A stretch of 64,000 nucleotides of DNA, taken from Podarcis erhardii. Taxonomy: Eukaryota. The translations under genes were made by a program, and so were the position numbers. Where the stretch lies: assembly GCA_964252035.1 (NCBI GenBank), contig OZ176202.1; one strand, written 5' to 3'. This document shows positions 25,632 through 37,770 of the stretch, in pieces. Numbering within the stretch: the first letter of the stretch is position 1; each line of letters opens with the position of its first letter. Below the pieces are notes generated by a model. It was not told where the DNA came from. It saw only the letters and a program-made list of their open reading frames with translations, and searched no databases.

Positions 25632-25749
25632 CATTGCAGCTCCTGTGATCATATTTGGAATGAAGTCTTTATGGCCAGGAGCATCCATCAATGTAATAAC
25701 TTTTGTCTTTGTCTCAAATTTGGTCATACCTACATCCATTGTCACTCCC
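25632..25749 (-). CDS. HBS1L: HBS1L coding exon 8 (G2, G3)
   Basis: tttag|G...ATG|gtaaag; [39 protein letters not shown]; 118 nt. Confidence 0.96.
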
Positions 25750-26496
25750 CTAAAAATAAAGCACAGGCATGAAGTGTGTCACTTACAATCCTTTCCAAAG
25801 TTTACCTTGTATTAATAAATGAGTGCTAAAAATAAACCACCTTCTTTGGGATAAGCACAAAAGAGTCTAATGTGATTATAGTGCCATTCTATGATAAAGG
25901 CACCCACAAAATAATTTTTTTAATCATGGTTACAAGAAAAAGCTATCACCAAGTTGATACAGCTAGCAATCCTGAGAAATGTGTCAATGTACGAGCTTGC
26001 AATATCAGAGGAAGCTATGAAATGAGAATGTGCTTACATGCCTGAGCACATCCAAGAATGGCCACCACACCAAAGAAGAGCAGTCTCATGGCTACTTCAT
26101 CATGGAAACTAGTCATGCAATTCAGCACTAATTCTGCTACATAAGCAATGGCAACAAACAAAACCCAGTATCAATAGCTTTAGAGAAGGATATTTGCAAA
26201 CTGTATGGAGCATCCGAGGTTCCCTGGAAGCTGATCACGGGTTCCTTAGTAAGAGTGAACTAACCACCACCCCCATGCAGTTATTACATCACAATCGCAT
26301 CCAACTATGCACCTTCACAGGAGAATTTGGGGTATGTTCTTGAGAACTCCCCATCCATGTGGAGTACAATTATACTGCTTCATATGGAATAACACTGTGG
26401 CCCAAAAAACCAAGTGTTCACTCCATAAAATGATCCAGAATCTTGAAAAACACATATAAGGAGTGCAGAGTGAACAAGGGTTCCATGGCAGAGGCT

Positions 26497-26990
26497 CAGA
26501 ACATATAAGTGGTCCTGTTGGATCAGACCAAAGGTCCATCTACTCCAGCATCCTGTTCGCACTGTGGCCAGCCTATGCCTGAAGGTTTGATGAGAAGGAC
26601 CTGAATGTAACAGCACTCTCCCCCACTTGTGGTTCCCAACAACTACAACTGAGGCATACTATCTTAAATCGCAGAGGTAGTACGGTATGTATAGTAGCCA
26701 TTAATGGTCCTAGCCCTCTTCCAACATTCAGCTTCAATAGATGGTCCTCAGTTCTAGCATTGTGAGCGGGGGGGGGGGGGGATATTTATGCTTTCTCCAT
26801 GCCAGGCATAATCTTATACAGCTTTTTTCTCAGCTAAAAAGCCACAAATATTGCAACAGTTTTCTCAAGAAGTGTGGCTCCAATTCCTAAATCATTTCAG
26901 TTGCCTTTTTCTGAACCTCTTCTGATGCTATATTATTTACCAGGTGAACCATCCAGGACTAAACACAGTGTTCTAAGTGAGGTCATAAGA
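26497..26990 (-). mobile_element. CR1/L3-like LINE 3' fragment
   Basis: Reverse tail agaacatataag..ggatcagaccaaaggtccatctactccagcatcctg followed by degenerate RT sequence. Confidence 0.65.
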
Positions 26991-27191
26991 GATTCCTCTA
27001 CAGGCAAGTCTTTGCAGAAGAGATTCCTTTTCATGCAGAAAGTTTGAATACCACAGCTTCTTTCCTCAATTCACAAGAAAGGAGAACAATTCTATCAGCA
27101 TAGCATTTATTCCACTAATTTAATCGTATCTTATTCATGCTAACGGTAAACATCAATGTGCACTATTAAAAGTGCATTACAAATAATACTT

Positions 27192-27194
<3 letters not shown>

Positions 27195-27225
<31 letters not shown>
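27195..27225. repeat. (AC)n microsatellite about 20 nt into the intron after HBS1L exon 7
   Basis: Read directly from the sequence. Confidence 0.9.
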
Positions 27226-27232
<7 letters not shown>

Positions 27233-27246
27233 TGTATATTGCTCAC

Positions 27247-27412
27247 CTCTCTCTCTCTTCCCCTGTCTCATCCAAGACCCATGCATAAGCAAATGATGCC
27301 TTTCCAGCTTTCTTTGATTCTTGCTCATATTTGTGCATAGTTCGTTTGTTCACATTGCCCAGAAGATACAGCAAATGACCCATGAGGGTACTTTTTCCTG
27401 CATCAACATGTC
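27247..27412 (-). CDS. HBS1L: HBS1L coding exon 7 (G1/P-loop)
   Basis: cttag|GA...GAGAG|gtgagc; GHVDAGKST...DETGEERER; 166 nt. Confidence 0.97.
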
Positions 27413-27525
27413 CTAAGAATAGGAAATACATGTGGGATTATCTCTGATGGACACATGTTAAAAGGCACTTGAGGGAAGAATTGTTTATGTGTATTCAGAT
27501 CATTTTCACTCCGAAAAAATATTAC

Positions 27526-27770
27526 CTATTACCACAAGGTTAAGTAGATGTTTTCCTCCTTGTCTCTTCTCCAGCTCAGCTTTCACATCTATTTGCTGTT
27601 TTGCTTTTCCGGACTTTTTCACTGAAGTTGGTGTCAAGGTTGGTTCTTCTGATACTTGAACAGTCTGGGGTGGAAAAGCTGGTTTAGGTAGAATCTCAGT
27701 AACCCCCACGTTGGCATCTCCAGCTGAGAGTCCCTTTTGTGGCACATGCCCATTCTCTTCAGTATTCACA
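27526..27770 (-). CDS. HBS1L: HBS1L coding exon 6
   Basis: ttccag|T...ATAG|gtaata; ends [24 protein letters not shown]; 245 nt. Confidence 0.95.
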
Positions 27771-28429
27771 CTGGAAAAAGCAAAGAATGAACTTTAAGAG
27801 AAGAAGAGTTTCACAACTATACAGAACAAATGAGATTCATTCTTACACGTTCATCAAAACTGCAAAATAAAGGAGCAGAGGCAAACTACCAAACAGCCAC
27901 AGACAGTGGGTAAATACAAACAATCATTTACTAAACAGTGACTTACTACAGTGTGAATGTCAAGCAGTTGGCAGGGCAGAGCAGAATCAGTACAGAAGGG
28001 ACTCATAGCACTCTTCTTCCCTGGAGTTATGAGTAGGCACAAAATTGTGGCAAGGTGCCCTTCACCACTTGGTCAGACCATAGCCTGCCAAATTGTCCTA
28101 CTCACTCTGTGCTAAGTTCTTACATAGCAAAGGGTCATCTGAACTTATCTGCTGAATAGCTTGCTTGAAATGCTGGCTTTACAAACGATAAATGGCATTC
28201 CAACTGTTGTTTGGTAGGGTACCTCCACTCACAGAAGGCTCTTTGATCCAGCTGAGACTTCTGCTAGCAGAACAGGGAAGGGGGCAATTTCTGCCAATTC
28301 TCCTTCTGTCTGCAACACCCCCCCCCCAAAAAAAAAACTGTTCCAGAATTGCGGGGAATCCTTCAGAAGAACATGGGAGATGGTGTGCAGAAAGAAAAGG
28401 AAATTGGCAAAAGTCATCTCCCTCTCCAC

Positions 28430-29366
28430 TTCACAGATAGAAGCCTCTGCTGAAATAGAACTATAAGTCGAGAGGCACCACATGACATAAACCTCCATGT
28501 AAGCAATTTAGTGGTCCTGCGGCACACAAGGAGCTCTCCACACAGATCTTTGGATCAGGACCATGGTCTGCCAAGAGTAATTCTGAAATGCATACTTTAC
28601 TCAATTACTCTCAAGAAGACACTGCTGCTACATATGCTTGAAGGCCTACCAAGAGGGGATTTGGAACTGTGTTTGTGATTCTGAGTAAGTCTGTGTATAC
28701 ATACACACAGAGAATCTCCAGCAAAAGTGTCAGGTATATATGCACAAGTATGCGGAGGTATAGCAGAATATAAAGAAAATTAATAATAGTGAAAGTAGTT
28801 TAAGGTGGACCACCTGTTGAACTGTTGCTCAAGAACACATCATTTACATTTGGTTCTTAACACAGGTTTGAGCCATAGCTATGAAGAGATGCTGAACATG
28901 CACACTTGCTTTATAAATTTAGAATGTAAACTATGAAGACTCCAGCAAGATACTGACCATGCAAGATTGAAGTTGCTCCATTTGTTTTAATGTAGATGTT
29001 CGATCACAATATGTGGTCATATCCATTGCCCTAAATACAAGTATATGTATGTTGCATTCAGACTATCTGTTACTTCCACTTTACTGATTTTATTTCAGAA
29101 TTCCCCCTCTTCAAACCTTCAGGTATAGGTCAATTGAAATGTCTGGTTGAGAATAACTGAGTAAAGAACACATTTCAGAATTACTCTTAGCAGACCATGG
29201 CCCTGATCCAAGGGCCTGTGTAAAGAGCTCCATGTTTGCAGCAACGCCACTGGATATTTGCAGAAGCAGCCCCATGCATTCTATTACCTGCCATGCTATT
29301 TATACATGAAGAGTTATATCTGCTTGTAGGCGGCTCTTTAATCTAGCAGAGGCTTCTATCAGTGAA
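28430..29366. repeat. Long imperfect inverted repeat in HBS1L intron 5 (arms about 28430-28616 and 29153-29366)
   Basis: ggatcaggaccatggtctgccaagagtaattctgaaatg pairs with catttcagaattactcttagcagaccatggccctgatcc; gatagaagcctctgct pairs with agcagaggcttctatc. Confidence 0.8.
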
Positions 29367-29783
29367 ACAGTCGATTGTCAGAATGGCCGTGACAGGTCTA
29401 CAGATGGACACCATAAAACCTCTCCTTTCCCCCTCTTTCAATCATTATACTTCAAATAACTGAGCTTGCAATAATTCAATTTGCAAAGTTGTATTTTAAA
29501 CTAACCTCCAGAAAATTTTGCAGCCTGTGAAACAGATTATTTTAATGTGGCTAGCTGTTTTCTCTGTGCTACTCAGAGTGAAAGATTTTTTTTTCAAAAA
29601 AACTCACGAATGCAAGATGCCTTTTTCTGAAAGTAATTATGAGTCAAACAAGAAGCCATGCTGCTCAGTTTTGTGACATATTGACTAAATTTCTGTAAAA
29701 ATAGACCCCAAAAAATCTTGATACAGGTGCACCAGTCTGAAGGAAGATGATGCCAGTATACCTTGCAAGGGGTGAAGGCTTAC

Positions 29784-29892
29784 CATGGAACTTCAAAGCC
29801 GGTAGTTTGTCTCTTTCCAGACACAGTCATTTTGGTAACTTTTGGCACGACATCAGATTCAATTCTGTTTGTCTGGGAATCTCTGACTTTTC
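29784..29892 (-). CDS. HBS1L: HBS1L coding exon 5 (long isoform)
   Basis: ctactag|GA...CCATG|gtaagc; [36 protein letters not shown]; 109 nt. Confidence 0.95.
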
Positions 29893-30589
29893 CTAGTAGG
29901 AGAGAAAATAATGCATATATAGCATAAGTATAGTGCAAACAGGCTTAAACTTCAGTGTAGTCCAATGTGTTATCTTGGCAGATTTAGCAACTGATAACTT
30001 TTAGCTTTCTAAAAATCAGGTTTGCTAAAAATAAAAATTTGTATAGTTGTATCCAAGTAAAAAGCTGCTTTTGTAGCAATGTACACTATACATGTGAACA
30101 TTCAGAGCAGCTTATTAAAAATTTTAGCCATCCTGAGCTTTTGAAAGTGGAAGAAAAGGAAACCTAAAATTAACAAATAAAATATTTATTCTGTATCAAT
30201 GCCTTCTATCTCAATAGGTGTGCCAAAAACTTGTAGCCAATGCCCATCGTATTTGGCATCCTAATAATGGAAGTTTTCTTATTTAATGGCTGGATGTTTT
30301 TGAAACTCCCCTAACTTCAAATAGGAAAGGTTCTCGTTTTTTAACCTTCTGTTAAATAACCTTCTGCTGTATTTGAGATAATATCCTTTTTAACATTTTC
30401 CTCCCCACTCTGACTTAGTTGTACTGCCCATGTTTCTCCTTTTATCAAAAGTTAAATGTAAAGCACATATAGTTATATTTGTCTGAATGCACTTATAATA
30501 GTTTCTCCCTGTATGTGTTCCCAAATAATGAGGTCCATCTTTCCAGACATTTGTTTCTTTTTGCAAACTTCTGAGTCTGTGTGTTTCTG

Positions 30590-30750
30590 CTGCAGTATTC
30601 TAGGTGTTTTTATTCCACTGTGGCTGATGTGGGCTTTTAAATGTGTCCTGCTTTTTCTTATTATGTTATACTGTGGTTTTATATGCATTTTATGGTTTTA
30701 TATTGTAAACCACCCTGTAATCTTCAGATGAAGGGTGGTATATAATTTAA
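30590..30750 (+). mobile_element. L2 3' end
   Basis: T-rich tract then tgtaaaccaccctg..cttcagatgaagggtggtatataa stem-loop tail. Confidence 0.55.
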
Positions 30751-30976
30751 TTCAAGCCAGATATTGACAGGGAAGGGGAATGACATTTTCCTAAAGGATA
30801 GGGTGAGACAGCAGTTCGCAGCTTGGCGCCACAACCAAGTGATTGCCTACTTTTATGCCATTTCAACTTTTGCAATTATCCAGTCCTTAAAAGAAATACA
30901 CACATGCACAAACAAAATCTTTCAAATCCTCAGTACTGAAACATTTATTTATTTATTTATTAAGTATGTTTGACTA

Positions 30977-31577
30977 GGGACACGGGTGGCGCTGTGGGTT
31001 AAACCACAGAGCCTAGGACTTGCCGATCATTAGGTCGTGGTTCGAATCCCCACAACGGGGTGAGCTCCTGCTGCTCTGTCCCTGCTCCTGCCAACCTAGC
31101 AGTTCAAAAGAATATCACAGTGCAAGTACTGTGGTACCTCAGATTACATACTCTTCAGGTTACATACGCTTCAGGTTACAGACTCCAATAACCCAGAGAT
31201 AGTACCTCGGGTTAAGAACTTTGCTTCAGGATAAGAACAGAAATCATGTGGCGCCGGCGCAGCAGCAGCTGGAAGCCCCATTAGGTAAAGTGGTGCTTCA
31301 GGTTAAGAACAGTTTCAGGTTAAGAACGGACCTCCGGAACGAATTAAGTACGTAACCAGAGGTACCATTGTAGATAAATAGGTATTGCTCCGCCGGGAAG
31401 GTACCGGTAAATGGCGTTTCCGTGCGCTGCTCTGGTTCGCCAGAAGCGGCTTAGTCATGCTGGCCACATGACCCGGAAGCTGTACGCCAGCTTCCTTGGC
31501 CTATAGAGCGAGATGAGCGCGCAACCCCAGAGTCGGCCACAACTGGGCCTAATGGTCAGGGGCCTCTTTACCTTTAC
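30977..31577 (+). mobile_element. Full-length Sauria SINE interrupted by a MITE
   Basis: gggacacgggtggcgctgtgggttaaacc..ttagtcatgctggccacatgacccggaag..tttaccttta; 12-bp TSD TATGTTTGACTA. Confidence 0.9.
31129..31370. mobile_element. MITE family 1 inserted into the Sauria SINE
   Basis: TA duplicated inside the SINE motif gtgcaagTA|gataaatagg. Confidence 0.9.
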
Positions 31578-32381
31578 TATGTTTGACTAATTTGCATAAT
31601 TTATTCAACTTACGGAATGTAGATTTCCTTGGTTCAGAATTTATTTAATTGTCCCAGGGTACAAATAGCCTTCACAGTATTTAGTAATCTCTCCCTCTCA
31701 CCCACACTCCAGTGTGCTGTACTTGGTTCTACTTTGTTAAAGCTGTGGGCTGCACTAATGGTACATTTCAAAACTAGTGAGTTTAACATGTTAACAGAAT
31801 GTACTGAGCAGAGGAAGTCTTTCATCCTGCCCGTCTAACGCTGCCCTAGATTCCCTTGCCTACTGATGAACTGGGGTCATCACCTAAGTGTGTGACTAGG
31901 TATGGCCTCGCTCTACTTCGAGACGTTCAGCAACTTGCAAGCTGTTTTTGAATAATTCCCCAAGAAAGAAGAATGAGTTATTTAGAAAAAGGTTATTTCC
32001 TAAATAGAAATTACACCAGGGGGTTTCCAAGTAAAAGCCCTGTTGCTTTCAGCTGCGACTTCTTTATAAAGCTTGTGAGCCTGTACGCACACAGTAATTT
32101 CTTGTTCAAGTAAGATGTTCAGGGGCCCCAAGTAGACACACTCATGTACGGTGTGTGTGGCCAAGAACCAGGCAGGCACACTTTCAGACTGGTAGCAGTT
32201 TCCATAACTGCAGCAACCACAATAACTAAGAGCCACCTGGATCTCACAGTGCATTTGTCATACAAGCAGAGCCTCATATAGCCTGCAAAGACACACAAAA
32301 TGCTCTGAGTTTGGGGGGGGGGTCCTTTGAAAATACTACATACATATATCTAAATGACTTCCCCTGCACCCAAGCGAGTTC

Positions 32382-32490
32382 TTAAGAATATAGGAGTCAT
32401 CTGGAGCAGGCCAAATGTCCATAAAGTCCAGCATTCTGTTCTTACTGTGGCCAGCTATCTATGGGAAGCTCACAACCAGGGCCTGAGGTA
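32382..32490 (-). mobile_element. CR1/L3-like tail remnant
   Basis: taagaatata..ggagcaggccaaatgtccataaagtccagcattctgttc, same family as 26497. Confidence 0.5.
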
Positions 32491-34872
32491 ACCTAGAGAG
32501 GATAGCCCAATCCAGTTCTGTGAAACGTGCATAGATTACATGCATCCTCTTCCTGATATAATCCAGTGGGCTATCCTGAAGTAATTCCCATCAATGTTTT
32601 GTCCATAAATGTGTCACATAATGATAAAACATTGCCTACCACCTACTGAAAACAGAGAGCAAGATTCAAACTTATTGTGCTATTGTTATGTATGGAATCG
32701 TCGTTGTTGTGCAAGAAGTGGTGTATAAAGAGGAACTGTCGCAGAGTATGATAAAAGTGGTTGTGCACCAACTTTCACAAGTACAAGACAAGCCCTGGAT
32801 TCAGCTCTAAACTAAGAACAAGATTCCGTTAGCAGAATGGCTTGTGAGAGCAGGGTGCCACAACTGGTTATCACCCAAACTGACTACACGCTCAAACTGA
32901 TTTTTAACTGATTAGTGCACATTTGATACACCACACAATAGAATCAATAGAGTTCAGTATGAAAATAATGTCACTCTGCTTGCAAGAAAAACACACAAAA
33001 TCAGATATTGCTGTGTGCAGCTTAAACTTGTTCATGGGATTTTGCTTCGTTTTACAACTGCATTGCTCTAGTTACATGTGAACCACCAAATAAGTATTGT
33101 TCAACAGGGTGAAACAAGCTACCTGCCCAAACTGACAGAAGATTTAGGGAAAAGAAAATGCATGGGAGCACAGCAAACAAATGAAACATGACTAGCAGCT
33201 TAAGATAAATGAGAGTTCATTTATATAAGATATAAATGAAGATGTCCACGGTGCCCAAATAGTCCAATATGTTCGGTTCCATCTCAGGCAAACTGTTGCC
33301 TTCAAGCTGTGAGAACAATATTGCAGGAATCATTTGCGCAGTAAACATGCTTCCCAAAGGCGGTCTCTGATTATCTGATTCTCACATTCTGCTATAACCA
33401 CAAATGTGTTTGTGGTGTTTCCTTAGTCAACGTATCTTACTAAATGACTCCAATGTGTGTTTCATTGACAATCAGGGAAAACATTGTGTGATGTTATGCG
33501 CAGTTGTCTGACCATAAATAGGCATGCAAAAAGCAGTGTCAGCACTAAATGGGGGATAGCCCTACCAACATTTCTCTACAAACCAGTTAATCTAAACTGA
33601 AAGTTTATGTAGTCCAAGGTAACGTTCAACACAATTAATAGAATTTCTGTTGAGGTTCTGGTTCGTTATGAGTATGTAAAACTGAAAGTACAACATGTAA
33701 CGAGTCAATACTTTTACTGCAATTCAGTCATGTTTCCAGAAACGAAGTAGTATCAGGCAGCAAATCTGACGTTACAACACCAGAGGATGGTGCTGTTAAC
33801 AGATCAGTTTACCAGTGTGCTTTACAAATCAAACATAACAAAACCTTTAGGCCTAACTTATGTTTGCTGATTTCATTGTGTCCACTCTGAATATAATTTA
33901 GTCAGAGGCAATCCTAAGTCTTAAACTCATGATAGCATCCACATTAGTGGAAGTCTCAAGTTTAAGCAAATGTGTCTGCAAATCTCCAGACAGGCTCATC
34001 TACACAGGAATAAAAATTACACCAGTGTGTGACCTTTCTATTATGAGGAAAGCATTTCTTCCTTCCAAAAAATGTTAAATGATAAAATCAAAGTTCATAC
34101 AGAAACCAGATGCCCAAAATGCACATAGGGTTGGGACTCTGGGGGTGAAACTACATATATGAAAAACAAGGTTGCCACTGAAAACAGCAGTCCCAACTGA
34201 GTTCTGTGCCTTCACATCTGTACGTCCAACTTACTGTGCCCAGATGTCATAATGATTAACATCCCCCACCTCCAATAACATGGAGTGATGGGTGTCAAAA
34301 TGTTACTGCTACCCCAAAAAAGTGCACAACCCAGGCTGCTGCTTTTGGTGGAAGCCTTGTGCATCTTCCACAGAGTCTCTTGTCCAACACAATGTTACTG
34401 CATACACTCAGCATGTGTGCTGTTAAAATATATTTCACTTTGCCGTTCTAGATGAGCTATAGTTTCAGGCATGATTCATCATCAAGTATGTTCCATAAGA
34501 AGCTCTGTGGACAGAGATCAAAGCACCCAGTCCTAAATATTATGGGGAATGACACCGTTCGTCCCACCACCTAATAAATGTACATTTCATACACTACTGT
34601 CCAATATTCTTGCTACATTATCCACAAATTAAGTATGGAAAAGAACTGCATTTTTCCAGCCCATTATAACTTTATACTTTGTAATAGTAAGTTAACCATT
34701 CTAGGGTCAATAAGAATTGGCAACTTGAATAATTCAGCAGCTTTAAAAATATTTCAATTTTTGTGCAACTGACAGCAAGTTTAAATTTAACAAGCAAACC
34801 AAATATAACTTTCTGTGATGCCATTACATTGGATACTATCTAAAAAAGGCAAAGCTAACTGGAAATTAAATA

Positions 34873-36757
34873 ATAATAATAATAAACCTTTATTGTCACT
34901 ACACCACCTGTGTGCAGTGAAATTAAATGAGCCCCCCCCCCCCCGGTACACTCAGTCTTGTTCGCGCTCTGTGTGCTTGTCGGAAGTCAATTACACCACT
35001 ATTTTTTTTCCATTCAGCAGCCCAACAGCCCACGGATAAAAACTGTTCTTCAACCTGTTTGTGCAGCTGACTATACTTCTTTATCTCCTGCCCGAAGGTA
35101 GGAGATTGAAGAAGTGCTGGCCAGGGTGTGAGTCATCCCTAAGAATTTTCCTCGCTCTCCTGAGGCAGCGGTCTCCCACGATGTCATCTAGTGAACTCCA
35201 AGGGCAGCCCATGATGTCATATGCTGAATTCGCCACCCTCTGTAGGGACTTCCTGTCCGTGGCTGTTAGACCAGTGTACCACACTGTTATACACTATGAA
35301 AGGACACTTTCTATTGTTCTTTCGCAAGACCCTGAAGAAATGGAGTCTCTGTTGGGCCTTCCTAACCACCTGGGTTGTATTGATTTTCCAAGTGAAGTCT
35401 TCACTAACGTAAACTCCCAGGAATTTAAAGGAAGAGACTCTCTCCACACACACACCCCTGATATACAATGGGGCTAGTTCCTCTCTCTTCCTCCAAAAGT
35501 CCAAAACAATCTCCTTTGTCTTGCTGATATTCAGGGGCAAGTTGTTCTCTAGGCACTGTGTGCAAAATTTTTGAACCTCCTCCCTATATGCTGATTCATC
35601 TCCACCTGTAATTAATGCATTATGGTGATATCATCTGCAAACTTAATAATTGCAGTGGATGGATCAGATGAAATGCAGTCATATGTATACAACGAGTACA
35701 GGTAGGGACTCAGCATGCATCCCTGTGGGGTGCCAATGCTGAGCTTCAGAGAGGTAGATGTAACAGGCCCAATCCTCACTATTTGTGTGCGATCCCTCAG
35801 AAAGTCTTTAATCCAATCACAGATGGTAGGGGAAAGGTCCAGGTCCACCAGCTATTTAGTAATAATATCCGGAAGGATGGTATTAAAAGCCGAGCTATAA
35901 TCAATAAACAGGATTCTGACATAATTGCCCGGTCTCTCCAGATGACTCGCTTCAAGGTGAAAAGCTGTGGCTACGGCATCGTCTGTTGACTTATTTCTCC
36001 TGTAAGCGAACTGGTGTTCATCAAAATCCGGTGGAAAACATGTCCTAAGGTGTTGAAGAACCAATCTCTCAAAGCATTTCATCACTACAGATGTTAATGC
36101 AATGGGTCTGTAGTCATTTAGGCAGTTAATTGCTGTTTTCTTTGGTACTGGGACAATGGTGGCTGCTTTCAAACATGATGGTACACAAGCAGGCTGCAGG
36201 GAAATGTTAAAAATCCTTGTCAGGACCCCTGCTAGTTGATCAGCACAGTTTTTTACCACTTTCCCAAGCAGCCATCCGGACCAGCCACTTTGCTGGGACT
36301 CACCGCCCACAAGGCAGCTTTCACTTGATGGGTCATATAGAATAAGTAGCTGAGAGTTTATAGGTTGGCAGGCAGGAGCCGTGACACTTGATCTTTCTAC
36401 CTCATAGCGGGCAAAGATGTTCAGCTCCTCCGCTAACACATCAGCCTTAACCTGTTCCTCGTATTGCCCTTGTAGTTGGTTAGGTGCTGCAGTCCCTGCC
36501 ACACTTGTTTCGTGTTGTTATCGGCTAGGCAATTCTCCACTTTAAGCTTATATTGTTTTTTTGCCGCCTTAATGCCTTTCCTGAGCTTTGTTCTTGCCCC
36601 TCTGTATGTATCTACGTTCCCTGCCTTAAAGGAATTATCCCGAGCTTTCAAGAGTAACCTTACTTCAGCAGTTATCCAGGGTTTGCTGTTCCCATAAACT
36701 CTAATGCACCTCTACATTGTTACATTATCGGTGCACACTTTGATATAGGAAAGCACA
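34873..36757 (-). mobile_element. 5'-truncated Rex1/Babar-type LINE with frameshifted reverse transcriptase
   Basis: ORF pieces KPWITAEV, IVPVPKK..CLNDYRPIALTSVVMKCFERLV, FIDYSSAFNTI, GTPQGCMLSPYLYSLYT..IIKFADD, LNISKTKEIVLDF, LLPSGRR; aataaa plus (TTA)n tail; TSD-like ggaaat(t/a)aaata. Confidence 0.85.
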
Positions 36758-37599
36758 GGAAATAAAATAAACACACACTGTTCTCCTTTGCACATGTAAA
36801 TGAGATAGATTTCATACCTTTTAAGTGCACAAAAATAGAAGGCAGATGACCTGTAGTTATTGAAACTTAAAATAGCAAGTTAATTCATTTTATAAATCCC
36901 CATCCGGTGAGCTTGCTTTGGCTTAGAAATGGAAAAATGAGCTAGTAGTTTGAAATTTTCAGTCTATATTGTCTTTCTAATATCTCTGCCTTGCTAAATA
37001 TTGAGCATTCCCCTCCCTACTTATTATCTGCTCTTCTCATTATTGTTAAGTGTGAAAATCCACCAGTTCCCAAGGACGGTACCACCTAGAAATTTTTAGC
37101 GGCAACAGTTACAATGTAGTTTACACCAGGAGGGGCAACCTGTGGTCGCATACCTGTTCTTGGACTGAAACTCTCATCAACCCCCAGTCTGGCCAATGGT
37201 GAGGGCTGATGGAAGCTAAAATCCAACATCTCACAAGGGCCCCCATTCCTGTTCTACGTCTCTTACACATATAACCACGTATATTGGATTTGTTAATTCA
37301 TGTATTTTTCAATAGTAATTTTTGTCACACCAGAACAGATTACTGAATACACTGTAAAGTCCAACACAAGTTCACTTGTGTTTTACTTTCACCATTAATA
37401 TGCATGTTAGCAGCACAATTGTTTTGTAGTACTGAGACCTCTTACCTATATACTCAGATTAGTTTACGTTTCAAGCGTCTTGCATGATAAATGAAAGTCT
37501 GCTAATAACTATGTGATACATGCACCTGTCCATTCAACATCTTTTTTTGTGCATTGGGGAGATTACAACTGTAGCATCGGAGCCAACTCTGCACATCCA

Positions 37600-37770
37600 G
37601 GCACTGTGGTCTAAACCACTGAGCCTCTTGGGCTTGCCAAATGGAAGGATGGCGGTTCGGATCCGTGTCATGGAGTGTCATGGAGTGAGCTCCCATTGCT
37701 CTGTCCCAGCTTCTGTAATCCTAGCAGTTCGAAAGCACAGCAGTGCAGGTAGATAAATAGGTACCGCTGA
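37600..37770 (+). mobile_element. Sauria SINE 5' half
   Basis: ggcactgtggtctaaaccactgagcc..ctagcagttcgaaagcac..gtagataaataggtaccgct. Confidence 0.75.

Noticed and set aside
34401-34490. C/D-box snoRNA-like arrangement on the minus strand (AUGAUGA...CUGA with a cauac/guaug terminal stem)
   Set aside because: No recognisable rRNA/snRNA guide, D' box too close to C, deep in an intron; such matches are expected by chance. snoscan plus conservation would be needed to revive it
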